This document shows, piece after piece, positions 17,769 to 27,741 of a stretch of 64,000 nucleotides of DNA. The DNA is from Saprospiraceae bacterium (GTDB taxonomy: Bacteria > Bacteroidota > Bacteroidia > Chitinophagales > Saprospiraceae). Under the pieces are notes generated by a model, which was given only the letters and a program-made list of their open reading frames with translations, did no database searches and had not been told where the DNA came from. Position numbers and translations under genes: made by a program. Position 1 is the stretch's first letter. The number at the start of each line of letters is the position of its first letter. The stretch is taken from the NCBI GenBank assembly GCA_044227555.1, contig JBGAWQ010000014.1:12206-76205 (forward strand), given 5' to 3'.

Positions 17769-18087
17769 GAAATCGTAGACTAAAGAGTTAAAAAAAAGTA
17801 AACCGTATGGGCTTTAACGTATGGGAGATCGGTCAGGTTCCCATGGCTAATTTTCTGCAAATGTAAAAAATCCCGATGGCCATGACACCAAATCAGCCAT
17901 TTTTTTTATATCCACAAATTATAACAAAATACAGATTATCAGTACATAACACATTAATAGTTCCTTCAATCTGAATTTGTTCCGCTGAATCCCTTAAAAG
18001 TGGGATCCAACTCTTCAGGATAAAAAAATAAGCCTATCCTGTTGGGTGGTAAAATCCGGTGGTGATGTTTGGTGCGTGGAGGATGGA

Positions 18088-19152
18088 TCAGATGATCAGC
18101 ATGGCATCGCCGTAGGTATAAAACCGGTATTTATCCTTGATGGCTTTCTTATAGGCATCCATGATCAGTTCATAGCCTCCAAATGCGCAAACCATAATCA
18201 GCAAGCTGGACTTAGGCATATGGAAGTTGGTCACCATCGCATCGGGCAGACTGAAATCATAGGGTGGGAAGATGAACTTATTGGTCCATCCTTCTGCCGG
18301 TTTGAGGAGGCCTTGTGCGGATACCGCAGATTCAATGGCGCGCATTGAGGTCGTTCCAACCACACATACCTTGTGTCCGGCTCTTTTAGAGGCATTGACT
18401 ATTTCGGAGGTTTCCTCAGTAATGCGGAAATACTCTGCGTCCATTTTGTGTTTGGACAAATCTTCGACATCGATGCTGCGGAAGGTGCCGAGGCCGACAT
18501 GCAGCGTGAGTTCAGCAAAATTCACGCCTTTGATTTCAAGGCGTTTCATCAGTTCGCGGGTGAAGTGAAGTCCTGCGGTAGGCGCGGCAACAGCGCCTTC
18601 TTCCTTGGCGTAGATGGTTTGGTATCGTTCTTTATCGGACTCTTCCGCTTTGCGGTTGATGTATTTGGGTAGTGGGGTTTGGCCCTGGGAACGAAGTAAA
18701 GCACTGAATTCTTCATCGGACCCATCAAACAGGAATCGGATCGTGCGGCCTCTCGAAGTGGTGTTATCTACCACTTCAGCGACCAGGATTTCATTGCCCT
18801 TTTTATCCATAAAGTAGAGCTTATTGCCTACCCGGATTTTACGGGCTGGGTCAACCAGGACATCCCAAAGGCGAGCCTTGGCGTTGAGTTCGCGGAGCAG
18901 AAACACTTCAATTTCAGCGTCTGTCTTTTCTTTTTTTCCATACAGGCGGGCCGGGAATACTTTGGTGTTGTTGAAGATCATGCAATCTCCATCATCAAAG
19001 TATTCGAGGATATCCTTAAAGGATTTGTTTTCCATCAATCCGGTTTTCCGGTGGATGACCATCATTCTGGATTCATCCCGTTCTTTGGCGGGATACTTAG
19101 CTACCAGTTTTTCAGGCAGATCAAAAGAAAACTGAGACAGTTTAGTGCGCAT
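18088..19152 (-). CDS. queA: S-adenosylmethionine:tRNA ribosyltransferase-isomerase
   Basis: [21 protein letters not shown].., [20 protein letters not shown] and [10 protein letters not shown] motifs. ATG at 19152 chosen. Confidence 0.95.
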   Translation of the reverse strand: MRTKLSQFSFDLPEKLVAKYPAKERDESRMMVIHRKTGLMENKSFKDILEYFDDGDCMIFNNTKVFPARLYGKKEKTDAEIEVFLLRELNAKARLWDVLVDPARKIRVGNKLYFMDKKGNEILVAEVVDNTTSRGRTIRFLFDGSDEEFSALLRSQGQTPLPKYINRKAEESDKERYQTIYAKEEGAVAAPTAGLHFTRELMKRLEIKGVNFAELTLHVGLGTFRSIDVEDLSKHKMDAEYFRITEETSEIVNASKRAGHKVCVVGTTSMRAIESAVSAQGLLKPAEGWTNKFIFPPYDFSLPDAMVTNFHMPKSSLLIMVCAFGGYELIMDAYKKAIKDKYRFYTYGDAMLII

Positions 19153-19348
19153 AAGGCGATAGGATAAAAAATTGGTCGGCAAAGATACTATTTACGGGAG
19201 GCAAAATGCAAGTTGTAAATGGCTTATTTTGTGCGGGTAAGCCTCTATTTTGGACAAAAACCGGAGCTGATTCCTGCCGGTCGTGCTTTCGGAGAGCTTA
19301 ATCGAATATCCGGGGCCGGATCCCGGCTATGCTTTAATTTTGGGAGGT

Positions 19349-20596
19349 ATGGTTTTCAAACTTATCTATGAAAGTGTAGTCCAGGCTTTTCAGCAGTTGG
19401 CGGCCAACAAGCTGAGGAGTTTTCTGTCCTTTACGGGTATCAGTATAGGGATCATCTGTATTATCTCTGTCCTTTCTGCTGTAGACTCCCTGAAAGAAAA
19501 TATCAGCAGTAGTTTTGAAAAGCTAGGTAACGATGTTCTTTATATAGACCGGTTTACCTGGACCGAAGATCCGGAGGCCAATTGGTGGAAATACCAACGC
19601 AGACCTGAGCCTAGCTATGAGGATCTCGAGATCATCAAGAAAAAAACCAAATTGTCTGACAAGGCGAGTTTTTCAGTGTTTATTCCCGGCCGCACCATAA
19701 AGTTTGGTGGAAGCAGTGTTGAAGGGGCTTTCATGGCCGGTGTCACGGATGATTACCAGGATATATTCAATCTCGAATTTGCGAAGGGTCGATTTTTTAC
19801 CCCTTTTGAATCTGCGAATGGTACGAATAGGGCCGTGATTGGGTCTGTGCTTGCGGATGAACTTTTTGGTGCCATCGATCCGATTGGAAAGGAGATCAAG
19901 ATCAAAGGCATGGATTTCCAGGTGATCGGGGTGTTGAAAAAGGAAGGGAATTCACTGATCAACATTTTTCAGTTTGATGAAGCCGTCTTGATCAGTTTTA
20001 ACACCGCCAAAAAGCTTATCAATGTCAAATCAAAAAATTCCTGGGGAACTTCGCTCAATGTGAAGGCGGCACCCGGCGTAAACCTAGATGATTTGCGGGA
20101 TGAGATCACGGGTATTTTGCGAAGTGCCAGAAAAATCAAGCCTAAGGAACCCGAGAACTTTGCGATCAATCAGTTGTCGATGTTTACCAAACTCATCGAG
20201 CCCATCTTTAGTACGATGAATGTCGTTGGTATTTTTATCGGTGGCTTTTCTATCCTGGTAGGCATGTTCAGTGTGGCCAACATCATGTTTGTTTCTGTGA
20301 AGGAACGTACGAGTATCATTGGGATTAAGAAAGCGCTTGGAGCAAGGAAGTTTATTATCCTTCTTGAGTTTTTGATTGAATCTGTGGTATTGTGCCTGAT
20401 CGGTGCTTTCTTTGGATTACTGATTGTCTTTGGTGTGCTCAAGTTGGCTTCTTCTGCCTTTCACTATGACATCTACTTATCCTGGGGCAATGTATTGATT
20501 GCCTTTATCCTATCGTTGGTCATTGGGGTAGTCTCCGGATTAGTACCGGCCTGGCAGGCGGCCAGGTTGGATCCTGTTGAGGCTATGCGGAAATAG
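19349..20596 (+). CDS. ABC transporter permease (MacB periplasmic domain + FtsX fold)
   Basis: N-terminal TM, large periplasmic domain and C-terminal FtsX-like 3-TM region (ERTSIIGIKKALGARKFIIL). ATG at 19349 preceded by gggagg. Confidence 0.85.
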   Translation: MVFKLIYESVVQAFQQLAANKLRSFLSFTGISIGIICIISVLSAVDSLKENISSSFEKLGNDVLYIDRFTWTEDPEANWWKYQRRPEPSYEDLEIIKKKTKLSDKASFSVFIPGRTIKFGGSSVEGAFMAGVTDDYQDIFNLEFAKGRFFTPFESANGTNRAVIGSVLADELFGAIDPIGKEIKIKGMDFQVIGVLKKEGNSLINIFQFDEAVLISFNTAKKLINVKSKNSWGTSLNVKAAPGVNLDDLRDEITGILRSARKIKPKEPENFAINQLSMFTKLIEPIFSTMNVVGIFIGGFSILVGMFSVANIMFVSVKERTSIIGIKKALGARKFIILLEFLIESVVLCLIGAFFGLLIVFGVLKLASSAFHYDIYLSWGNVLIAFILSLVIGVVSGLVPAWQAARLDPVEAMRK

Positions 20597-20611
20597 ACCC
20601 GGGAAGCCAAT

Positions 20612-20649
20612 AAAAAACCCAATCCCGGGTGTTATCCCTGAATTGGGTT
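20612..20649 (-). terminator. Intrinsic terminator of the infC-rpmI-rplT operon
   Basis: Minus strand: AACCCAAU..AUUGGGUU followed by UUUUUU. Confidence 0.6.
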
Positions 20650-20708
20650 GTTGATTATTCCTGTTCCTAAATGGGTGAGAAACTTGCCGGAATAATAATC
20701 TTAATTAC

Positions 20709-21053
20709 TTATCCCGCAGCGTTAACTACGGCCTTGAACGCATCCGGGTGGTTGAGGGCCAGATCCGCAAGTGTTTTACGGTTGAGTTGGATATTGGCTT
20801 TGTCCAGTTTGTTGATCAGCCTGGAGTAGGTGGTGCCATTCATGCGGGCCGCAGCATTGATCCTCGCGATCCACAGTCTACGGAAAGCGCGTTTTTTCAG
20901 TTTCCGGTGGTCATAGGCATAGCCCATGGCTTTATCCAGGGCATTTTTGGCTACGGTGTAGACATTTTTACGGGCGCCCCAAAAACCTCTTGTAGCTTTT
21001 AGTACTTTCTTCCTTCTTTTCCGGGAGGCTACCGAGTTGACTGATCTTGGCAT
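20709..21053 (-). CDS. rplT: 50S ribosomal protein L20
   Basis: [30 protein letters not shown]. Confidence 0.97.
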   Translation of the reverse strand: MPRSVNSVASRKRRKKVLKATRGFWGARKNVYTVAKNALDKAMGYAYDHRKLKKRAFRRLWIARINAAARMNGTTYSRLINKLDKANIQLNRKTLADLALNHPDAFKAVVNAAG

Positions 21054-21133
21054 TGTTTTTCATTTTGGTCGGACAGGGGGTGGTGGTACCGCTTAAATCC
21101 TGGCAGACGGTTATGGATGAAATTCGTGATTAC

Positions 21134-21328
21134 TTATTGGCAGAGCATCCGTTTTACGCGGGACTCATCGGCTACACTGACCAGGGTAGCCCCGGTGAGG
21201 CGCAGTTTGGTGTTCTTGTCCCTGTTGCGCAGACGGTGCCTTTTGTTGGCCTGGAAACGCTTAACCTTACCGGAGCCGGTAAGCTTAAAGCGCTTTTTAG
21301 CGCTGCTATGGGTCTTCATTTTTGGCAT
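21134..21328 (-). CDS. rpmI: 50S ribosomal protein L35
   Basis: [27 protein letters not shown] at 21328 chosen. Confidence 0.95.
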   Translation of the reverse strand: MPKMKTHSSAKKRFKLTGSGKVKRFQANKRHRLRNRDKNTKLRLTGATLVSVADESRVKRMLCQ

Positions 21329-21358
21329 GACCGATCGGTTTTTACTTAAAAAGGACTG

Positions 21359-21366
21359 CAAAGATA
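21359..21366 (-). promoter_or_regulatory. Candidate internal -7 element TATCTTTG between infC and rpmI
   Basis: TAnnTTTG match on the minus strand, 31 nt before the rpmI ATG. Confidence 0.3.
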
Positions 21367-21403
21367 ATGGCAAATCCCTAATTTCCAAGAGATAACCCGG
21401 AGA

Positions 21404-21997
21404 TTACTTTTTCTTTTTGGGGGCGATCATAACGATCATTCGCCGGCCTTCCATCTTTGGAAGACTCTCGGCAGCCCCATATTCTTCAAGTTCTTTCAGC
21501 ATTTTCAGCAAGAGGAGCTCGCCCCGCTCCTTGAAAACGATAGTCCGGCCGCGGAAGTGGACATAGGATTTGACCTTTGAGCCTTCTTCCAGAAATTTTT
21601 GGGCGTGTTTGACCTTGAATTCGAAGTCATGCTCATCAGTATTGGGTCCAAAGCGAATCTCTTTGATGACCGTTTTGGAGGTATTAGCCTTGATTTCCTT
21701 CTCCTTCTTCCGTTTGTTGTAGAGGAACTTGTTGAATTCGATGATGCGGCAGACCGGGGGATCCGCATTAGGGGAAATCATCACCAGATCCTGCCCCAAA
21801 TCTTCAGCCCAGTTGCGGACTTGTCGGGTAGGATAGATTCCGGGTTCGATTTCTTTACCGGCTACTCTGCTGACTTCATCGAGGTTGTCCCCGACTAATC
21901 GAATATCCGGAACCCGGATATCTCCATTGATTTTGAATTGGAATTTGGCGTCGTCTTGTTTTGAAGGAGGGTAATTGCCCGAAAATCGTTTGGCCAA
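21404..21997 (-). CDS. infC: Translation initiation factor IF-3 (non-AUG start, probably TTG)
   Basis: INGDIRVPDIRLVGDN..PPVCRIIEFNKFLY..KEIRFGPNTDEHDFEFK. The only start-like codon after the in-frame TAA is the TTG at 21997. Confidence 0.9.
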   Translation of the reverse strand: MAKRFSGNYPPSKQDDAKFQFKINGDIRVPDIRLVGDNLDEVSRVAGKEIEPGIYPTRQVRNWAEDLGQDLVMISPNADPPVCRIIEFNKFLYNKRKKEKEIKANTSKTVIKEIRFGPNTDEHDFEFKVKHAQKFLEEGSKVKSYVHFRGRTIVFKERGELLLLKMLKELEEYGAAESLPKMEGRRMIVMIAPKKKK

Positions 21998-22151
21998 GGA
22001 TAATTAGTTTAGGTGATGGAAGACGGGAAGCCGGTCGTGCCGGTCCTTTTCGGTTTTGCTATATAGTTGGTAACCAAGGATATAAATAAGTCTTGTGGCC
22101 TGAACCGATTTGGTCCGGGCCACAAAACTAAGGTTATGCATTGTGATATTG

Positions 22152-24689
22152 TCAAGAATTTTCTTTTTCCATGATCGCCTGGCTGATGACAAGTTCTTTT
22201 GACTCCTTGTTGAGATCAGCTATCAGATGGCTGCCTTCAGCGGGATTCTCATTGAGGATAAATTCTGCCAAAGGATCTTCGACATATTTCTGAATAGCCC
22301 GGTGGAGAGGTCTTGCGCCAAATTGAGGATCAAAACCCTTTTCCGCCACAAAATCTTTGGCTTCTTCAGTGAGCCTCAGGACAAAACCCATATTAGCCAT
22401 TCGTTTGTAGAGGTCGGTCAGGGTGATGTCGATGATCTTGTGGATATGCTCGCGATCGAGGCTGTTGAAGATGACGACGTCATCGATTCGGTTGAGGAAT
22501 TCAGGACTAAACGTCCGTTTAAGGGCGCCTTGGATCACAGATTTTGTCAGATCTTCGGCGGCATCCTGGCGGGCTTTGGTCGCGAAACCTACACCCTGGC
22601 CAAAATCCTTGAGCTGACGTACCCCAATGTTGGAGGTCATGATGATCAAGGTGTTTTTGAAATCTACCTTTCGTCCAAGACCGTCCGTAAGCTGGCCATC
22701 ATCCAACACTTGCAGCAAGATGTTGTATACATCCGGGTGCGCCTTTTCAATTTCGTCCAGCAGTACAACACTATACGGTTTCCTTCTGACTTTTTCGGTC
22801 AGTTGTCCCCCCTCTTCATATCCGACATATCCCGGAGGCGCGCCGATGAGACGGCTGATGGAAAACTTTTCCATGTACTCGCTCATATCAATGCGGATCA
22901 GGGCATCCTCGGTATCGAAGAGATATCTGGCCAATGCTTTCGCTAGTTCCGTCTTTCCAACCCCTGTAGGCCCCAGGAAAATAAAGGAGCCTATGGGTTT
23001 AGTAGGATCTTTTAACCCTACGCGATTGCGCTGGATCGCTTTTGAAACTTTGATGATGGCTTCGTCTTGGCCGATGATCTGCTTTTTGAGGTCATCGGTC
23101 ATGCCAACCAGCTTTTTGCTTTCGCTTTGGGCTACGCGTTTGACCGGGATGCCTGTCATCATCGCGATCACTTCGGCGATATCGTCATCCGTAACCGGGT
23201 ATTTTTTGGTTTTAGCCTCTTCTTCCCAGTCTTCTTTGGCTTTTTCGAGCTTGCGAACCAACTTGGATTCATGGTCCCTCAGATCGGCAGCCTTTTCATA
23301 TTGCTGGCTTTTAACGGCCTTATTTTTTTCCTCTTTGATTTCCTCAATCTGGGCTTCGAGTTCTTCGATGTGCTTAGGCACGTGGATGTTTTTGAGATGC
23401 ACCCGGGCACCTACTTCGTCGAGTACATCGATCGCTTTATCCGGGAGGAAACGATCGCTGATGTAGCGGTCGGAAAGTTTGACGCATGCTTTAATGGCCT
23501 CATCTGAAAAGGCCACATTGTGAAAGTCCTCGTATTTAGCTTTGATATTGTGCAGGATGTGTTCTGCTTCTTCCGGAGAAGGAGGATCTACCAGTACTTT
23601 CTGGAAGCGTCGATCGAGAGCGCCGTCTTTTTCAATGTGCTGGCGGTATTCATCAAGCGTCGAAGCCCCGATGCATTGCAGTTCACCGCGGGACAGTGCC
23701 GGTTTGAAAATATTAGAGGCGTCAAGAGAGCCGGTTGCGCCACCTGCACCCACAATGGTGTGGATCTCGTCGATAAAGAGGATGACATCTCTTGATTTTT
23801 CGAGTTCGCCCATGATGGCTTTCATCCGCTCTTCGAATTGGCCACGGTATTTAGTGCCTGCTACCAGTGCGGCAAGGTCAAGCATGACGATGCGTTTGCC
23901 AAAGAGGTTGCGGCTGACTTTGCGTTGCATGATGCGGAGCGCCAGGCCCTCTACGATGGCGGTTTTTCCTACACCAGGTTCACCGATCAGGATAGGGTTG
24001 TTCTTTTTCCGGCGGCTCAGGATTTGAGATACCCGCTCGATTTCATTTTCCCGGCCGATGATCGGATCCAGTTTGTCTTCTTCGGCGAGGCGCGTGATAT
24101 CGCGACCGAAATTATCAAGCACAGGCGTCCTGGATTTGGACGTGCCGCGTTTCGAACCGAATTGTCCTTTTTCGCCTTCCTCTTCGTAGGAGCCTTCAGA
24201 ATCTGACGGGCCCTGATTCATAAACTCATTGTAATTGCCTGATTCTTCCTGAATGACATATTCCAGTTCAGACTTATAGGACTCGTAATTGATATCAAAT
24301 TCGGAGAGCACTTTGCTGGCGATATTGTCTCCATGTTTCAGAATGGACAGCATGAGATGCTCCGGGGCGATCTCATCGCTGTTGAGGTTTTTAGCTTCCA
24401 GAAAAGTGACTTTCAGTACCCGTTCTGCCTGGCGATTGAGCGGGACATTGCCACCTGACACCTGGGCAGGTTCTACCCGGCTTTCGGTGATGGTGTCTTC
24501 AATTTTGAATTTCAGTTCCGTAAAATCAACATCCATAGCATCCAAAACCCTGACGGCAAGATTATCATTGTCCTGAAGCATCCCCAGTAAGAGATGTTCG
24601 GTTCCAATGTAATCGTGTCCGAGTCTTAAAGCTTCATTTCTGCTGAGGGAAATGATCTTCTTGACCTTGGGAGAGAACTTTCTGTTCAT
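22152..24689 (-). CDS. clpC: ATP-dependent Clp protease ATP-binding subunit ClpC
   Basis: Two Clp_N repeats, two AAA+ modules ([18 protein letters not shown]) and a middle coiled-coil/UVR-like segment. Confidence 0.95.
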   Translation of the reverse strand: MNRKFSPKVKKIISLSRNEALRLGHDYIGTEHLLLGMLQDNDNLAVRVLDAMDVDFTELKFKIEDTITESRVEPAQVSGGNVPLNRQAERVLKVTFLEAKNLNSDEIAPEHLMLSILKHGDNIASKVLSEFDINYESYKSELEYVIQEESGNYNEFMNQGPSDSEGSYEEEGEKGQFGSKRGTSKSRTPVLDNFGRDITRLAEEDKLDPIIGRENEIERVSQILSRRKKNNPILIGEPGVGKTAIVEGLALRIMQRKVSRNLFGKRIVMLDLAALVAGTKYRGQFEERMKAIMGELEKSRDVILFIDEIHTIVGAGGATGSLDASNIFKPALSRGELQCIGASTLDEYRQHIEKDGALDRRFQKVLVDPPSPEEAEHILHNIKAKYEDFHNVAFSDEAIKACVKLSDRYISDRFLPDKAIDVLDEVGARVHLKNIHVPKHIEELEAQIEEIKEEKNKAVKSQQYEKAADLRDHESKLVRKLEKAKEDWEEEAKTKKYPVTDDDIAEVIAMMTGIPVKRVAQSESKKLVGMTDDLKKQIIGQDEAIIKVSKAIQRNRVGLKDPTKPIGSFIFLGPTGVGKTELAKALARYLFDTEDALIRIDMSEYMEKFSISRLIGAPPGYVGYEEGGQLTEKVRRKPYSVVLLDEIEKAHPDVYNILLQVLDDGQLTDGLGRKVDFKNTLIIMTSNIGVRQLKDFGQGVGFATKARQDAAEDLTKSVIQGALKRTFSPEFLNRIDDVVIFNSLDREHIHKIIDITLTDLYKRMANMGFVLRLTEEAKDFVAEKGFDPQFGARPLHRAIQKYVEDPLAEFILNENPAEGSHLIADLNKESKELVISQAIMEKENS

Positions 24690-24904
24690 GTGTGACTTGT
24701 AGAATATATTAAATTATTGTCCAATATAAGAACATTCCATAAATGTACTATATCTATCACAACCCATCTATCCAAAATGATTCCAACAGGTAAAAAAGCC
24801 CTTCCAGCCTGCCAAAACCTGGTTTTTTGGGTGGTGTGGTGACGATTTGTCACGTTATACTGACGTTCTATTAATTTGATGGAAACCTTTAAAAGCATCA
24901 TACA

Positions 24905-24990
24905 CCCTGTTCTGCCCCTCATCTGTTTCGACTCCGCTAAGTAGATCACCTAAAGGGTGAATAAAAGGTATGCAAGGGTTTTTAAAGATT
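24905..24990 (+). repeat. Copy of the dispersed ~100-nt intergenic repeat family
   Basis: Core GTTTCGACTCCGCT (24925-24938) and hairpin CACC-TAAA-GGGTG (24947-24959). It aligns with the tandem copies at 34117-34335. Confidence 0.6.
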
Positions 24991-25117
24991 TCCTTATGCC
25001 TTAACAAACAAACATCCGTTTTGGTTACATAAGCACAAGTCGGGTACATTGTCATCAGGAAAAATGGGAGAGGGTCGGTGGCAAACCGGAGGTAGGTGGA
25101 AATTATTGAAAATAGGG

Positions 25118-25125
25118 TACTTTTG
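25118..25125 (+). promoter_or_regulatory. Candidate -7 element TACTTTTG for the STAS gene
   Basis: TAnnTTTG match 53 nt before the ATG at 25178. Confidence 0.35.
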
Positions 25126-25177
25126 CGGCAAGGCTGCACCCAAGGACAGCTCAAAGACTGTTGCCAACCCATTCAAG

Positions 25178-25573
25178 ATGAAGTTTACATTAGATAAACA
25201 GGACAAATACGCTCTTCTATCGCTGGAAGAGGAAAACCTGAATTCTCTCATTGCTCCCGACCTGAAATCGGAATTTGTATTTCTTCGCAATGAAGGTGTG
25301 CGTAATCTGATTTTTGACCTGACCCATGTCAAGTATGTGGACTCTTCGGGGCTCAGTGCCATATTGACGGCCAACCGGTTGTGGAAGGATTACGGGAGCT
25401 ATGTCATTACCGGCATTGCTCATCCCAGTGTTGAAAAGTTGATTAAAATCTCAAGGTTGGATACCATTCTGGCCATTATCCCTACCGTGACAGAAGCGAT
25501 TGATTATGTGTTTATGGAAGAGGCAGAGCGGCAGATGATGGAAGATGCCGAAGCCCCTTCAGAAGAGGAATAG
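25178..25573 (+). CDS. STAS-domain protein (anti-sigma-factor antagonist-like)
   Basis: LIFDLTHVKYVDSSGLSAILTANR (conserved Ser in DSSGL). Acidic C-terminal tail. ATG at 25178 chosen. Confidence 0.8.
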   Translation: MKFTLDKQDKYALLSLEEENLNSLIAPDLKSEFVFLRNEGVRNLIFDLTHVKYVDSSGLSAILTANRLWKDYGSYVITGIAHPSVEKLIKISRLDTILAIIPTVTEAIDYVFMEEAERQMMEDAEAPSEEE

Positions 25574-25612
25574 AGGCACGGAGGATCGCCTTAGCTTACG
25601 GCGCATTTTCAT

Positions 25613-26578
25613 ATGGAAGAATTTACACTGACGATCATCGGATCCGGTTCGGCTCTTCCGATGCACGGTCGTCACCCTTCCTCGCAGGTTCTCCAATATG
25701 GCGAATTCTTTTTTATGATTGATTGTGGGGAGGGTACCCAGGAGCGTCTTCGGTCAGCAGGCATTAAGCCGTTTAAGATTCGAACTATTTTGATCAGTCA
25801 TCTCCATGGAGATCACCTGTTTGGCTTACCGGGTTTGTTAGGCTCCTATGCCCATCTCAAACGCAGTGATCCATTGACGATCTATGGTCCACCGGGTATC
25901 CGTGGATTCCTGGACGCGGTGATGGCGTATACAGAAATGGTGATTACATTTCCGTTGCAAGTGATAGAACTTCATCCTGAGGGTTTGCAGCGTCTCGAGG
26001 TAGTGGAAGACGTTGAGATCCTCACCTTTCCGTTATATCACCGGATCGCCTGCGTTGGGTATTTATTCAGGGAAATACATTCCGAACCCAGGATGCGCAA
26101 AGAATTGGTAGAGGGATATAAGCTTACCCCCGAGCATATACGGAATATCAGGAATGGCAAAGATTTGATTTTTTCATCTAAACAGATACCTGCCTCCACG
26201 TTTTTCTACCCACCTGGTCCACGTGTGAGTTATGCTTATTGTTCAGATACCAGATATGATGATAGATTATTGTCCTCTATCAAAGGGGTATCAGTTTTAT
26301 ATTATGAGGCCACGTTTCTCGATGATTTGGCGGAGATGGCTGAAAAGACCGGGCATAGTACGGCTGCTGAGGCAGGAAAGATGGCGGCATGGGCTGAAGT
26401 ATGTTGTTTGCTGACCGGACACTATTCTTCACGGTATAAGGAGGTGTCGGTATTGGTAGATCAAGCACGTCAGTATTTCAGTCATGTGCTCGAGGCTGTG
26501 GAAGGTAAAAAGTACAATTTGCGGGCACTTGCTGAAATATCCGGAAGGGCAGAAGACATAAAAACACTTTTAAAATGA
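25613..26578 (+). CDS. rnz: Ribonuclease Z (tRNA 3' endonuclease, metallo-beta-lactamase fold)
   Basis: LTIIGSGSALP, IDCGEGTQ and ISHLHGDHLFGLPGLL motifs. Confidence 0.9.
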   Translation: MEEFTLTIIGSGSALPMHGRHPSSQVLQYGEFFFMIDCGEGTQERLRSAGIKPFKIRTILISHLHGDHLFGLPGLLGSYAHLKRSDPLTIYGPPGIRGFLDAVMAYTEMVITFPLQVIELHPEGLQRLEVVEDVEILTFPLYHRIACVGYLFREIHSEPRMRKELVEGYKLTPEHIRNIRNGKDLIFSSKQIPASTFFYPPGPRVSYAYCSDTRYDDRLLSSIKGVSVLYYEATFLDDLAEMAEKTGHSTAAEAGKMAAWAEVCCLLTGHYSSRYKEVSVLVDQARQYFSHVLEAVEGKKYNLRALAEISGRAEDIKTLLK

Positions 26579-26611
26579 TTTCCCGGCCTTAGTGTCTATA
26601 TGAAAAAGTCA

Positions 26612-26619
26612 TATATTTG
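26612..26619 (+). promoter_or_regulatory. Candidate -7 element TATATTTG for tRNA-Lys
   Basis: TAnnTTTG match 29 nt before the tRNA 5' end. Confidence 0.45.
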
Positions 26620-26647
26620 CGCTCCCGTTTAAGCGATGGGTCAATCT

Positions 26648-26720
26648 GACAGCGTAGCTCAGCCGGTAGAGCAACGGTCTTTTAAGCCGTGGGTCCTGGG
26701 TTCGAATCCCAGCGCTGTCA
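26648..26720 (+). tRNA. tRNA-Lys (anticodon TTT)
   Basis: Acceptor GACAGCG/CGCTGTC, anticodon loop CTTTTAA, T-loop GGTTCGAATCC, discriminator A. CCA is not encoded. Confidence 0.95.
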
Positions 26721-26726
26721 CTCCAG

Positions 26727-26756
26727 GCACTCCTGTATATCGGGAGTGCTTTTTTG
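26727..26756 (+). terminator. Intrinsic terminator after tRNA-Lys
   Basis: gcactcc..ggagtgc hairpin followed by tttttt. Confidence 0.8.
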
Positions 26757-26827
26757 TTTTACGGTAGCAACCTTTTCCTTGCGGGGATGTTAGGCTCCGT
26801 ATATTCAACTTTCAAAATCATACCATT

Positions 26828-27676
26828 ATGAAAAAACTGCTATTCTTTGGTCTTCTGACTTTTGGCATGACCACATTCATGCAAGCGCAATTACAAACCC
26901 CGGCACCGAGTCCAACCGGTAAAATTGAACAGAAAATAGGCCTGACCGATGTCAGTGTCGAGTATTCCAGGCCGTCTAAGAAAGGACGTGTCGTCTTTGG
27001 CGACGTGGTACCTTATGACGAAGTATGGCGTACCGGAGCCAATGCGGCTACCAAGATCACGTTTGGTGATGATGTCATGTTTGGTGGAGCAGAAGTAAAA
27101 AAGGGCAGCTATGCGCTCCTGACCAAACCAGGTAAAAAATCCTGGTCGTTTATGCTCTATCCTTACACCAATGGCAACTGGGGTGGTTATCTGGAATCCG
27201 GCGTTGAGCCTGTTACCGTGATGGCTGAATCATCTGCATTATCCGGCGATGACGACATTGAAACCTTCATGATCGGATTCGACAATTTGAACAATCATGG
27301 TGGGGACCTCTTTTTGGCATGGGAAAAGACCTATGTGGCTGTTCCGATCAAGGTCAACACCGACAAGACGGTTGAAGCCAGCATCGCTAAAGTGATGGGT
27401 GGCCCGACTGCCGGTGATTACTATGCAGCCGCCAATTATTACTATGCTGAAAAGAAGGATCTTAATAAAGCCCTGGAATGGATCAATACCTCGATTGAAA
27501 AGGGCAATGAGAAATATTGGGTACTCCGGACTAAATCCTTGATTCAGGCAGATCTTGGGGATAAGAAGGGTGCTATTGAAACCGCTACCAAGTCCCTGGA
27601 AATGGCCAAGGCAGATGAAGACAGCGCTTACATTCGAATGAATGAAGCCTCCATCGCCGAATGGAAGAAAAAATAA
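26828..27676 (+). CDS. DUF2911-domain protein with C-terminal TPR-like region, secreted
   Basis: Signal peptide, then SPTGKIEQKIGLTDVSVEYSRPSKKGRVVFGDVVPYDEVWRTGANAATKITF, typical of DUF2911. Confidence 0.7.
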   Translation: MKKLLFFGLLTFGMTTFMQAQLQTPAPSPTGKIEQKIGLTDVSVEYSRPSKKGRVVFGDVVPYDEVWRTGANAATKITFGDDVMFGGAEVKKGSYALLTKPGKKSWSFMLYPYTNGNWGGYLESGVEPVTVMAESSALSGDDDIETFMIGFDNLNNHGGDLFLAWEKTYVAVPIKVNTDKTVEASIAKVMGGPTAGDYYAAANYYYAEKKDLNKALEWINTSIEKGNEKYWVLRTKSLIQADLGDKKGAIETATKSLEMAKADEDSAYIRMNEASIAEWKKK

Positions 27677-27700
27677 TTTATTTTTCTCACCAAAAGAAAA

Positions 27701-27732
27701 GCCACGATGATCATCATCGTGGCTTTTTTTTT
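27701..27732. terminator. Bidirectional intrinsic terminator between convergent genes
   Basis: gccacgatga-tca-tcatcgtggc flanked by an A-rich run upstream and a 9-T run downstream. Confidence 0.85.
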
Positions 27733-27741
27733 CTGAAGGCG

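Noticed and set aside
17769-18087. 319-nt AT-rich spacer between queA and the DUF2795 gene as a possible sRNA locus.
   Set aside because: Only weak hairpins are present (ATGGC/GCCAT with T runs). I found no promoter-terminator pair I could defend.
22227-24576. Series of plus-strand ORFs (up to 279 aa) opposite clpC.
   Set aside because: clpC on the minus strand has unambiguous Clp_N and double AAA+ motifs over the whole span. The antisense translations are low-complexity, Ser/Leu-rich and motif-free.
24925-24938. GTTTCGACTCCGCT cores (also at 33186-33199 and 60003-60016) as tRNA T-arm remnants or tRNA-derived SINE-like elements.
   Set aside because: They resemble a GTTCGA T-loop, but the flanks are not complementary enough to form a T-stem and no acceptor or anticodon arms are present.
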